Translations under genes and position numbers: made by a program | Origin: Ginglymostoma cirratum | Taxonomy: Eukaryota | Reading direction: 5' to 3' | Assembly (NCBI GenBank): GCA_024137785.1 | Contig: JAHRHZ010000013.1 | Coordinates: forward strand, 10,973,577 to 11,037,576 | DNA length: 64,000 bases | Shown: one piece after another, positions 13,271 through 25,500 of the stretch | Layout of the letters: the number at the start of each line of letters is the position of its first letter | Numbering within the stretch: the first letter of the stretch is position 1 | Notes under the pieces: generated by a model | Seen by the model: only the letters and a program-made list of their open reading frames with translations | Told to the model about the DNA's origin: nothing | Database searches by the model: none

Positions 13271-14744
13271 GTAAGACTTTCTGGTATTTACTAGCTATCA
13301 GCAAATAGGAACGCTGACAAAATCTTCTTAACCCTGAGTGCTAGGAGTATCTATATCACTCTTGCTGCCTTCCTAGCTGCTACTTTACTTTCATATTAAA
13401 TATAAGTGTGAGTTGTTCAAAAACAGGAATCTAAGAACTGCTGAAGAAACAATTTACAGCAATTCTATGTAAGCTAAGACTGTTCATTTGAATGTTGCAA
13501 ATTGATACGTTAGAGTTCATTTCTCTTAATCCCCACACAGCATCCAAAATCTTTCAAAAATCAGCTTACGGATATCCTTTGATGTGTATTTTATGAAACA
13601 AATGCCTTAGAAGCTGCAAAAGAAAATCAATATTTAAAATATGAACCTCACGGTAAATCTGTTTCCAGTTGCAGAAAGGATAGACTACATCAAAGCATTC
13701 AGGTACATGTTATATTACCATCTTGAAAACATCTGCGTTCAGGTATCAAATGCATCTTGAATCTTTTGCATTGAAGTTCAGAGATCCAAGGTCAATATCA
13801 CGACCAATGTTTTTATGCCCCTGTAATATTAATTGCATCAATAGCACTGAAAATGTTTTACACAAAAGTAGTCAAAATGAGCTAAAGTTTCATTATGTAT
13901 TCCAGTTTTTTTCTCATCATATAGTGCAATGCATGGTATGATAAATGTGCATCATTAAAGAAAATAAGTTGGATTTTTCCAGTGGAGTTTCTAGGAACTC
14001 AATGGTTGGCACAAGATGTTTACAGGAAAGATTTCTACTAGTTGTTAAATAGAATGAAATCATTAACAGCTTTCCTCCATTCACAGTTATGATTTCATAG
14101 CAAACAGCACGCAGAGGAAACTTTACCCATTAAAGTAATTTGGTGTAACACATCGCTCATTTCATTCCAAATTAGTAACAATAGGATAACTATATTCAGC
14201 AGTTTGTTTGTCTCTGTGGCTCATGCTTACCAGAGCTACGTAACTAATCATGGGACATATTTTTCTATCTCCATTCTTTTGATCCTGTTGTTAATCACTT
14301 AAAATAAATAGGTTAATATTGGCATTAAATATTACCAAAGCACCCAAATATTTCTCCTCGATAGCTTAGCAGAATGAAACATTTTCTCTTTGATTCACCA
14401 GGATTAGAAAACAGGGGACTGTAGTGATTCTTGTATCTTTGTACTTTTTCTTTGAACTTATTATTCCTACATTACTCTTCAGAAGTATGTAATTAGCTAG
14501 AAAGTACTTTGGATGACATCCTTATGTTGTAAAAGTTACTAAATAAATTCAAGCTCTTTCCTTCAATAAACACAAAAATAAAAATGAACATATATACCCT
14601 TGGTGCTAACTTAATATCTTTCTTCCACCTTTTTTCATTGGGTTGATCATATTAAATAACATATTATTTTGCTTGTAACACAAAGTTCTGCTATTCAATT
14701 CATTTGCTGCTCAGTCTTAAAACCAAAATACCATGCATTTTTAA

Positions 14745-15215
14745 AAAAAATGAAAGAAATGTGGATGCTGGAAATCTGCAACCAAAGTCAGAAATTGCTA
14801 GAAAATCGCAGCAGGTCTGGCAGTGTTTGTAGAGAGAAATCAGAGTTATCATATTGGATCCAGTGATCCTTCATCAGAATTGCTGGTAGATAGGAAAAGG
14901 ATGGTTTTTAATACAGAAGATGGAGTGGGGGGAAGAGGGAGAGTAAACAATAGGTGGAGATGGAGCCCAAAGAGAGAGAAACACAGCTGGACAAACACAG
15001 GAGTGGTTAAAGTTCAGTCTGGGGAAAGGAATAGTTGCTAATGGGGAATGTTAGTGATTGACAATGGATTGTGTATGGTAGCAGCCCATGTGATGTCAAG
15101 GCCTGGTGTATGGGAGTGTGGGAAAGCATGGGGGAAGGTGCTTCAGTCCTAAAATTGTTGAACTCAATATTAATTTTAGATGGCTGCAGGGTTCCCAAGC
15201 AGAAAACAAGGAAAA
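14745..15215 (-). mobile_element. Penelope-like element 3' fragment
   Basis: ORF end LGTLQPSKINIEFNNFR (GIY-YIG ORF C-terminus, compare 47510-47550), followed by pLTR with decayed hammerhead CTGATGAAGGATCACTGGATCC. Confidence 0.75.
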
Positions 15216-15331
15216 GAGTGTTTAATTTCTGTTTCCGTACCTCTTCTTTATTTGTTCTCAGGATATAGGTGAATCTTTAATAGCCTCAAATTTCTCCCGT
15301 GCTTTACCCTTTCCTTACTGGAACCTTTGAT

Positions 15332-16090
15332 AGAACAAAGAACAAAGAAAACTTACAGCCCAGGAACAGGCCCTTCGGCCCTCCAAGCCTGTGCCGGTCC
15401 AAATCCACTGTCTAAACCTATCGCCTAATTCCTAAGGATTTGTATCCCTCTGCTCCCCACCTACTCATGCATCTGTCCAGACGCACCTTAAATGAATCTA
15501 CTGTGCCTGCCTCTACTACCTCTGCTGGCAACGCGTTCCAGGCACCTACCACCCTCTGTGTAAAGTACTTTCCGCGTGTATCCCCCTTAAACTTTTCTCC
15601 TCTCATCTTGAACACGTGACCCCTCGTTATTGAATCCCTCACCCTGGGAAAAAGCTTATCTCCATCAGCCCTGTCTATACCCTTCATGATTTTGAAGACC
15701 TCAATCAGGTCCCCCCTCAATCTCCTTTTTTCTAATGAAAACAATCCTAACCTACTCAACCTCTCTTCATAGCTAGCACCTTCCATACCAGGCAACATCC
15801 TCGTAAACTTTCTCTGTACCCTCTCCAAAGCTTCCACATCCTTTTGGTAATGTGGCGACCAGAACTGTACACAGTATTCTAAATGCGGCCGAACCAAAGT
15901 CTTGTACAATTTTAACATGACCTGCCAGCTCTTATACTCAATACCCCATCCGATGAAGGCAAGCATACCATATGCCTTCTTGACCATTCTATCCACCTGT
16001 GCAGCCACCTTCAGGGTACAATGGACCTGAACTCCCAGATCTCTCTGCTCATCAACTTTTCCCAAGGCTCTTCCGTTTACAGTATAGTTC
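15332..16090 (-). mobile_element. CR1/HER1 LINE 3' end with uninterrupted RT C-terminal ORF (15418-16065)
   Basis: 215-aa open frame RDLGVQVH...LYKTLVRPHLEYCVQFWSP...RRLRGDLIEVFKIM...TRGH...YFTQRVVGAWNALP; 3' UTR ends in TTCTTTG repeats. Confidence 0.95.
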
Positions 16091-16174
16091 GCAATCTATT
16101 GATGGTGGAGACATTTTAGTAAGTCAAGATTTCCGACAGTGGTAGCAGAGTAACCATCTTCTACCTTACTGCAA

Positions 16175-16987
16175 CACTACGAGGTGGTGGTGAGACCACA
16201 TCTGAAGTACTATGAGCAGGTTTGGCCCCTTTATTTAAGGAAAGATATCATTTTGTCGGTGGCAGTTCAGAGAAGGTTCACTAGGATGGTCCCTGGTATA
16301 GTAGGATTGACTTATGAGCAAAGTTTAAACAAGTTGGTATTCTACTCGCCAGAGTTTAGAAGACGTCACACGACACCAGGTTATAGTTCAACAGGTTTAT
16401 TTGAAATCACAAGCTTTCAGAGTACTTCTCCTTCGTCAGATGGCAAGCACCTAATGAAGGAGCTGTGCTTCGAAAGCTTGCGATTTGAGATAAATCTGTT
16501 GGACTATAACCTGGTGTCATGTGACAGCTGACTTTGTCCATCCCAGTCCAAAACCAGCTCCTCTGCATCTCGCTTTTAGAAGAATGAGAGGTGATCTCAT
16601 TGAAATATTTAGGATTCATAAGGAGCTTGACAGGGCAAGTGCTGAGAGGATGATTCCCCTCATGGGGGAGTCTAGGACCAGAGGGCACAGTCTCAGAATA
16701 AAAAGGCATCAAATTAGGACTGAGATGAGGAGGAATTCCTTCTTTCAGAGGTTTGTGCTTCTTTGGAACTCTTGGCCATTGGGAAGCAGAGGGAGCAGAG
16801 TTCTTGTGTATATTTAAGTTAGGTTCGTAATCAGTAAGGGAATCAAGGGTTTCAGGGAAGGGGCAGGAAAATGGACATGAGGAATATCAGATCAGCCATG
16901 ATCCTATTAAACAGCAGAGAAGGCTTGAGAGATTGAATGGCCTACACCTGTTCCTATTTCTTATGGTCTTGTTATGGTCTTATGGTC
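16175..16987 (+). mobile_element. CR1 LINE 3' end (second subfamily), interrupted by a PLE palindrome
   Basis: VVRPHLKYYEQVW...FYSPEFRR | MRGDLIEIFRI...SRTRGHSLRI; tail TTATGGTC repeats. Confidence 0.9.
16364..16574. mobile_element. Palindromic non-coding PLE-derived mini-element with hammerhead cores
   Basis: Arms 16365-16442 and 16448-16525 are imperfect inverted repeats. TSD TTTAGAAGA at 16355-16363 and 16575-16583. Minus-strand core CTGACGA-A-GGAG..CTCT-GAAA-GCTT. Confidence 0.85.
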
Positions 16988-17029
16988 CAACCTGATTTTT
17001 TTGCCATCCTGTTAATATGGCTGACATAA

Positions 17030-17280
17030 ATTAAGCTTCTGGTCAATGGTATTCCCAAGAATATTGATAGTGGAAGTCAGGCTGAGCAATGGTTGTGCTG
17101 TTGATGATTAAGGGACAAGGTGAAGGATTATCAGCTGGCTGTGGTCTTGGAAATAGGATGCTGAGTTATTTATTGGCAACTGTCTTACATTTCTTATGAT
17201 TTGAGGGTTTGTGGCATATATAAATGATTGGCAATCTTGCATCTTACTGGGTGAAATTCCAATCAGAATAAGACATTGAA
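17030..17280 (-). mobile_element. Internal fragment of CR1/L2-group LINE
   Basis: AGCTTCTGGTCAATGGTATTCCCAAGAATATTGATAGTGG is antisense of TINILG.TIDQKL, a LINE RT motif. Confidence 0.45.
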
Positions 17281-18147
17281 CTAATGCAAGTGAAGAAAAC
17301 ACAACAGGTGAACACAACATGACAAACAGATCCAAAGGTTATTGCAGATACATTTTTTGTATTGTACATATGTATGAATGTATTTAATATTTTTTCTATA
17401 ACTCAACCCTGAATAAAACACAAGTTTAAAAGTCGGTGTAAGGAAAGGTGGCTTAATGTATTGTAATTTCATAATTAAATCATAATTGCATTCAGATTAG
17501 AAATAAATGGAGCTTCTCAAATTAACATCTTAATTGGAAGTTAAATACATAAAAATAACTATTAGTGCAGAATGCGTTAAATAATTAGCTTGAGCACTGT
17601 CACTGGACTAATGCCTTAAAATAGCCCTATTCCATATCTGGCACCAGTATCTGATAACTGTGCTCAGTCTGTAACTCAATCAGCAATGTTATTACAAACA
17701 CCAGTGCCAGTTGCTATAGTTTTTCACATTTGTCCCTGAAATTGACAGAAAGCTTCAGTAATGATATTCACCAAGGCTACTTAGTGAAGAGTGAAAGCTG
17801 GTGGTATCCCATTTAATGGTACAAAGTACCAGTGCAAGACAACTGGAATTACACCAATGACAAGCATGAAAAATGGTAACTACTTTGAACAACATTTCTT
17901 TTACGTTTTCTCCTTAAACCTTAAAAGCTTATGGAAAACTAAGACTTTCTTCTGGATTTCATCCTCAACAAATTAAATTCACTTTCTGGAATAAATACAG
18001 ACAGATCAGACCTGGCTGTGATAGTCTCAATTTCATTGCACCTTTGACTTAGTTGTATAGAGCAAAATTGCCACTGGTTTCAGCTTACATGGGTCTGCGA
18101 GATAAATCTCACTTGAGTTGAAATGTTGTTACGTTAGTGACATGAAT

Positions 18148-18960
18148 AGGCAGAACTTTCCCATTTTCACTTAAAGCATTTTGTCAAGTGAGATTCATGG
18201 TGGCCAGCCCACCATATCTTAGAATGGCTTTCTCATGCAGTTGTTGGCTCTGCCCCTCTTCAATTATGCAACCGGGTTTTTGGGTGCCTTTCCCTGGGAA
18301 TTGTGTGGTTGAAGAGGTGGAAGTGCTCATCACTGCCAGAGTCATACAGCATACATACCTCTGACATCATATTTAAACCAAGGTGCATGCCACTTTAGAG
18401 CCTGCCAGACAGGAGTGTTTGGGCCACTACTTTCAGTACATGGCCCAGAGGAAACAAAAGCTTGCTTCCCGCTTCGCAGAAAAAGAGCTGGAAGTCTTAT
18501 TGGATGGGGTGATGGAGAGAAGGTCAGGTCTTCTGGGGCTGCAGGATGCGATATCACCAGGCCATGTCAACCTGGACACAGATTGTACTGAAAGTATTGA
18601 GCGTGTGCTGAGAAAGCAATGTGAAATATTGGCATCTTCCAAATAAGTGCAGAGTGAGTGAACTTTTACAAAGCGATCTAAGAGCTACAATATGCATCCT
18701 GTGCAGGTACAAGAGATGTGTGTGTGTGCCCCTGCCTGGGTAGAAGGTTGCAAGTCATAACTGCCCTGAGCTCTGAAATAAAGTGTTAGAGGGTTAAAGC
18801 TGATCTGAAAACAGCCATGATGACATGATGAGGCTGGTGGTTTTCTGATGCTGACTTCCACTAAGGGTTGAGGAGGATGGTGGCCGTGGGGCATGCAGTG
18901 ATGTTGTTGTGAAGACAGCCAGAACAAGTATTTGGTGAGCTTCAGCTGCCAGGTTCTGCA
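18148..18960 (+). mobile_element. PIF/Harbinger derivative with Myb/SANT-like ORF remnant
   Basis: Starts GGCAGAACTTTCC. ORF 18383-18646 contains ASRFAEKELEVLLDGVMERRSGL, like the Harbinger accessory Myb/SANT motif APRFS..ELEVLL..V..RR.VL. Confidence 0.55.
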
Positions 18961-18984
18961 TTGATTTACACGTCGGGAATTGTC

Positions 18985-19065
18985 AGGTCTGGGTGAGATG
19001 CTCTTTGGAGGGTTGGTGCAAAGTTGATGGCCTATTTCCACACTGTAGGGATTCTATGATTCTAT
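18985..19065 (+). mobile_element. HE1 SINE 3' fragment
   Basis: GGTCTGGGTGAGATGCTCTTTGGAGGG...TTTCCACACTGTAGGGATTCTATGATTCTA, same tail as 22022-22335. Confidence 0.75.
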
Positions 19066-19892
19066 AAATTTGCACCGTCTAGCTTTTTGGTCAAAAAGAA
19101 GAGAATTATAAGTGGCAAGGAACTAAGGTGTGTTGGGGCTTTATGAGAAGCATATGCAAGTAAATATGACATAAAAGCACCACGTGCTAAGTGAGCTTTC
19201 ATTTTAAACTTCAATGAAAATGGATGCAGCATCAAGTATTACCAGAAGCAAAGGAAGCTCCAGAAACCAGTGTGAGTCCAGGAAAATAATACAAGTGACC
19301 TATAAGTGACGCTGGTGTGCATATCCCTAGCAAATAACTGAGCTCAGTGTCTGTAATACCATTGCTGACTGATTTATTCTGACTTCTACAAGAAGTGCTA
19401 TCAAGCATCACTGTCAGACATTCACAATTGGGCTTAAGCAGTTGGAACTAAGAATAGCCCAGCACTGTGCTTCAAGATCAGCGCAGTTGAAAATTGGGAT
19501 GTAAAGACATGGGAAATCATTTTCATCCTTCGGTGTAAAGCATTCTATGCCTGTTTTATAATCTCCCAGAAACCCACTGATACCAGCCAATTTCACATCT
19601 AGCATTATTTGTCCAGCAATTGCAATTCCAAATGCAAGCTCCACTGGCTTTAGAGATATAGGAAATGGGAATCGAGCAGTCAACTTTAAAGGTAGAAAGA
19701 AAATTAAAGTTAAGTATCAGAAGGAGGCCAGAAAATGCAAAAATTATGGTGATTATGAAAAACATATCATTCCATCTGTGATATGTACTTCAGCTGTGAA
19801 GGTATGGGAATTAAAACTGTTAAACCAAGCTGAAGTGAAGCAGGGTCACGAGGTACAAGTATGAACCTGTAAACAACAGAGAGATCAAACCA

Positions 19893-20002
19893 CAACAAAA
19901 ACAGAAATTGCTGGAAAAGCTCAGCAGGTCTGGCAGCATCTCTGGACATAAAACAAGAGTTAATGTTTGGGGTTGAGTGACCCTTCCACAGAACTGGGAT
20001 CT
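19893..20002 (-). mobile_element. Penelope-like pLTR mini-insertion
   Basis: GAAATTGCTGGAAAAGCTCAGCAGGTCTGGCAGCATC...GTGACCCTTCCACAGAAC, flanked by GAGAGATCAAACCA (19879-19892) and GAGAGATTAATCCA (20003-20016). Confidence 0.7.
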
Positions 20003-22021
20003 GAGAGATTAATCCAATTAATGGAAGCTGAGATCAACCAAATGTTGAATCAGATATCACGAGCAGGATATCGCTCTGTACTACTTTATTGCATCTTGCC
20101 ATAATCAGCCCTGCAAGATGGGTATAAGAAAGTGTGTTACAGTTTCAACCCATAGCTGACCATTACTATACCTTTCATTTTCAACCTCTATCCCCTCATG
20201 GTATCTCCAGGTCTCCTTGCAATGGATTACAATACTTGGTGCAAATCTCTCTACCAAGCCAGTTGCTGCGAAAGCAAGTTCATTTGCAGATGCTGTTTTA
20301 GGTCATAAATAAATAATTGGTGAAATCTTAACCAGGACAGCCCAACCAGCAATGACAGTATCTGTCAATGCCATGTAAAGCATGATACTCTGCGATAGAG
20401 GGTTCTGAATAATCTCTCACTGCGATAATTAGACACTTACATTGCATTGCAAAAGTATTGTCGGAGAGCGACGTTAATAGCTACAAGTTTGCCTAGCTCT
20501 TTCTGCAAATGTTGGGATGTGGATGTGGGCAAGAAGCTCGAAGTGCCTCCTGAGCAACTTTGCATAACTGGCATCCATCTGCCTGTTCTGGGGAGTAAAA
20601 TAAAGTAACTGTTCTGTGGTGGGACAAAATTTCATGTAAGCCTGATAGGGCCAAAACAAAACTACAAGAGAATTCTTTAAGAGGCTGAAAGCAGTTGAAT
20701 TTAAGGTGCTTGTCTCACTGACTGTAGTGCCCCCACCCCAGCAAAATATCAGGAGAGTGGGAGCCAGAACCACAGTGGATGGGGCTAATTGAGAATATTG
20801 CAGAGGTGGAAGGTTCGCTTCTGCTTCACCTGGCTCCACTGCAAAGAGATTTAAAGAAAAGCTTACCTTTTAATGGTGGATCATGATTCCGATGATTGCT
20901 GAATGGCTTCTAAAGTAGTAAGGCAGTTAATGTTTTTGAAAGAAAAAACTACAGTATCGGGTCAGACATCTTTTAGACTTTCTTGGCACTCAGGGTGTTA
21001 GTCCCTGGAACTTGATTTATTACACTTGCGATTGTGTGGCAAGATCGAATTAACAACAATTTTTAGCCTATTCACTTCTGTTTTTTCCTGTATTAACCAA
21101 TGCATCTCTATCCAACCATTATACCAGCCCACTCCATATGCACTCTGATGTTTGAGTACAGGTTCTCCATCTCAGCATCAGTCCTGTCTGCTGTTGTTAG
21201 TTTTACACTTTTTAGCTCAGTGCCCGAGTTCTCTCTTATTTTAAAATTAGTGGCAGGAACTGGGAGTGGAATTAGGAGTGAGATCTGCCATAAACCTATC
21301 ACAGCATTCAGTGGAGTGGAACAACTGCTGACAGCAACAGCTGAGAGGAATGCAAGAACATAAGCATCTTGCTGGCCTGTCTCCAATTTTAAATCAGCAA
21401 CAGAAATCTTGGTTGAAATGAATGGTTTTAGGAGAGAGTTGTCAGTTAATTATTGCAGCATTAGTAGGAAGACACTCCTATCAGTTGTTGACTGCTGTGA
21501 TTTTTAATGGTGATTCTATCCTAACCCCTGACTCTAGCTTAACTCCCACCACTGAATTAAAACAGAGGGCAGCAAATTGAATACATATTAGCCACATCTA
21601 AAACGGTTCTCTACATTTGGTCCCAATTAATTGAAGCTTCCATTTTTGTTATAAGTATGTACCACGCCTGATGTAGTCAGTTGCTGTCAGCCTGATGTGC
21701 TCCATCTGATTTTCTATACAATAACCCACGTACCGTATATCACAAAAATTGTTTTGCGTCAGATATCTGAAAATTTATTAACAATAAACTATGTAAATTA
21801 ATATGACATCTGAGACATACATATGCAATCAGGGTGCTATGGTTATTTAGTTTACAGTTACGTTCCATACAGTGTTGTCTGGCTGAATAACTGACTAGCT
21901 AGCTGCCTGTTCACTAACAGACCAACTGCCAACTAATGGAATGTAGAGAGAAAAAGGTGGAAACCTCAGATACAGCAAACTTTGTTTTAACTGCCATCTT
22001 ATGAGCCAGTACTCTCGAAAT

Positions 22022-22335
22022 GGATGGCACGGTGGTTAGCACTGCTGCCTCACAGCGCCAGGGACTGGGTTTGATTCCACCCTCGGGCGACAGTCTGTGT
22101 GGAGTTTGTGCGTTCTCCCTGTGTCTGCATGGGTTTCCTCCGGGTGGTCCATTTTTCTCCCATAGGCCAAAGATGTGCAGGCTAAGTGGATTGGCCACGC
22201 TAAATTGCCTGTAGTGTTCAGGGATGTGTAGTTTTGGTGGGTTATATAGGGAGTTCGGTCTGGGTGGGATGCTCTGAGGTTTGATGTGGACTTGTTGGGT
22301 CAAAGGGCCTGTTTCCACACTGTGGGGATTCTATG
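22022..22335 (+). mobile_element. HE1 SINE (V-SINE)
   Basis: GGCACGGTGGTTAGCACTGCTGCCTCACAGCGCCAGGGAC head, V-domain, tail GGGCCTGTTTCCACACTGTGGGGATTCTATG. Confidence 0.92.
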
Positions 22336-22744
22336 AAACAGGCAAAAGTTATATACCTCAAATACTGCAAAATTTATTGCATCATTCTGTCCAGTTATCA
22401 TAGTTTTTTATTTGTTTTAATGTAAATATTACTTGTTGTTCAATTGAATGGCCACACAAAATATCAACAGTTGGTTCAATTTTGAGTCAATTTCTCCTCA
22501 ATAACCACAGTCTACCATGGCCCCTGAATAGTTAGTTGTGGGTGCGAGTGAGAAGGCTCTCTGCTGGTTTGATTTAAGGCAAAGTTGCATTATTATTTAT
22601 TTAAGTGATTTATGTTGTGAATAAGGTAGAACAGTGATGTGTATACCCCCTGCATTATATTTCTTTTACTTAGTGTATGTTTTTATATTGATTATGTGGA
22701 CCTCTTGATTATCCAAAATATTTGATCAATTGGCGCACTCTAGT

Positions 22745-23053
22745 TTTTTTTCTTTATTCATTCACAGGATGAGGGCATCGCTGGCTATTTGCATTTATTG
22801 CCGATCCCTAATTGCCTAGAGGGCAGTTAAGAGTCAACCACGTTGCTGTGGGTCTGGAGTCTCATGTAGGCCAGGCCAGGTAAGGATGGCAGTTTCCTTC
22901 CCTAAAGGGCAGTAGTGAACTAGACGGGCTTTTCCAACAATTGACAATGGATTCATGGTCATCATTAGACTGTTAATTTCAGATATTTATTGAATTCCAG
23001 TTTCACCATCTACCATGGTCCAGCGATAATACCACCAGGCCATCGCCTCCCCG
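22745..23053 (-). mobile_element. tRNA-derived SINE with LINE-shared 3' tail
   Basis: Paralog of 11843-12140; head GGGGAGGCGATGGCCTGGTGG, B-box region deleted. Confidence 0.85.
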
Positions 23054-23159
23054 CAGGTGCTGGTTAATTACGTTCACTATATTACAATGTCTCACAACAT
23101 AATGGCATCCAACTCTCTTAAAGGTATCATGTCTTTCTGAGTTTTGTGCAATAATACAA

Positions 23160-25500
23160 TATTCCCTTATTTTTCCTTTGAAGAATAGGAAAGCTGTTGT
23201 GGTAGATATATGCAAGGTTTCACATCAGTACATTTTCTCTATACATTAGCAAGACACTTTGATTGAGATGCAACATGGCCAGATTTAGTCTTTATGCAAT
23301 TATGGCTATGCAGGTTCACTCTATGGTGTGCTATCTGACATTGTGGATGGATATGTATCATGTGTTATGGATTATCTGATTGTTATGAAGTATGATACTT
23401 TCAGAGTCCCATTTAATTTCAGGGATGGTTAGTCATGTACAACTCAACGGCATAACTGCTTCATTATAGGACTTGATCATTTTTTCATGACAACATTGTG
23501 TGACCTGGTCTGCGCACAATATCATGTTATCTTTCCAAGAATCCATCTATTTCTATTACGATCTTGAACTCTGATGCTTTGCCTTGGTTCAAGTTGGGAT
23601 CATTGTTTGTTTGCTCATCAATTATGCACTTGTACTATCTTCTTCTTTCTTTCTAACAATGAATCATGTACATGTGGTTAGAAAGTAAGAGTATGTGATG
23701 GAACAACTATGTGGATCTGTTACCCAAATGTAAAAGGTGCTGGTGAAGGTAAACCATTGGCTTGAGCAACAGCTCATAGATTTAGCGTGATTATCTCAAA
23801 ATCTTGGCAAGAAGCTTTGTATTTAGTGGTCATGGGCTGCACTGTATGTGTAGTGTGTTCTGTGAGAGCAGTAGATTGTGGACAATGAGGAGAGAAGGTA
23901 ATATGTCGAATGGTCCCTTTCTAAATGTCTTGGAAAGGGTGCTGTTGCACACAATATGCTGAGGAAAACCAAATATAATGAATATGATAGATACTGTGTC
24001 AATAACTGCTGCACTTCTCTCTGCACTTCACAAGAATATTGACTTCAATTTAGCACGGTGGCTCAAAAAGAATTTCACATGAAGCGAGAGGCTCTCTTGA
24101 TTATTGAGGTTGATGGAGCTGACCTGGCTTGATCAGTTGATTGATGTTCTTACTGATGCTGAGCCAATAGGCAATTCCATTTGCAATCCCTTGTTTTGTT
24201 TCCCATATCTTTGTTACTTATGTGTATAGCATAAAGTAGTTTGCCTAAGCTATCATAAGGATTTCAGGATTAAAGATGATATGTTGATCTGTGCATGATG
24301 GTAGACCAATGATACAAGGTCCTGTTGTACCCCAGTGTAAAAGGTTTCAGGCACCCATCCTGAAAAGCCATATTAACAGTTAAGGTGGGTGATGCCAATG
24401 CACGGGATAGCACACATGTTGTAAGCAGTTACCTTATCATATGTGGACTGCACGATATTGTTCCAGTTTCCAGAGTACATCTTGTGGAAGACGTGTAAAG
24501 GGATATTTGAGCTTACAACAGTATCAATCTTGGCATATTGCGCTTGTTGTTTCCTCTTAATGTATGTCACTTGAATGGAGGTGAAGGCTTCAGATTTTGT
24601 AACAGCATTTCTGTGGTGTGTCAAACTGACTATGCGTACTGCAGCACTGCAGTTACCTCTTGGTCTTCACAAACTTGTTTGCCTTCCATGGATCAAAGTA
24701 TGGAAAAGTCTTTTGGCATTGTTCTAAGATTGAGCCTTCTTTACATACTGCTGTGAAGCATTGTATTGCACTCTGTGTTCCTCCAAGCACTTTGACACTT
24801 CTGGCAGGGGTTGCTCCACCGTCCTCTTCTAGAACATATCTTTCTTGTGTCACAAAATGCTGATCTATTTTGGTGGATGAGACAATTCCATCTCATACGA
24901 GACTTGCAAGTTTGGTTGTTCATGTTGGTGGCTACAATGATAATTGTGGAATCAGGCACTTGCAGATGTTGTTCTCCTGCAACAATTGCTCTGAACTTGC
25001 ATTCTTCTTCGAGCAGAACATCAACATAACAATCTTTAGGTTTGTCCAGAATGACTTTTCAGAATGGTTTGATTGAAGTAGAATCAATAACTAGTTCCAT
25101 CTGCCTTCCAGCTTAGTTAGCTTCAGTGAAATCACATGCCACACATTTGCTCTGCCATTTGCCTACAAATTAGTCAAGATGTTCACCTGCCTTTTGGCTA
25201 TTTGACATGAACTCAAAACTATGATTTCTGAAGTGGACTCTGATCTAATGTTGATCCTCTAGGACTTGGAAAATTTTGACTGGATTTTTGCCGTCATCAT
25301 TTGAAATTCTGGAGGACTTAATTAGTTGCAACCCTTCATAACGTGTTTGACAACCTGTCTTTCTTTAACAGTATATGTTGGTCTATGAAGTGAAAATTCG
25401 TCGTCTCTTGGAATAAGTGAAGTTCAGACTGAATGTCAGTGGAGTCCCAGTCCATGTACAGATATTTGCTCTCCATCCTTACTGTGCTGCTTTGTACTCT
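23160..25500 (-). mobile_element. Decayed Gypsy LTR retrotransposon internal region (gag-PR-IN; RT/RH absent)
   Basis: Minus-strand frames give: gag N-terminus MDWDSTDIQSELHLF; zinc-knuckle remnant CSR.GR..PCQKC...EC; protease KIDT..SSNIPL...VTAYN..IPCIG; integrase AYWLSISKNI, IFGFPQHIVCNS, HITFSPHCPQS, GLPSPA, LEPRQSIRVQD...W, KTKSGHV; purine tract near 23165-23180. Confidence 0.85.

Noticed and set aside
15418-16065. Longest ORF (215 aa) as a host gene
   Set aside because: It is the 5'-truncated C-terminus of a CR1 reverse transcriptase followed by a LINE tail.
22022-22095. tRNA genes at A/B-box heads (also 31547, 43912, 44560-44626)
   Set aside because: No complete cloverleaf; each continues into a SINE body and tail.
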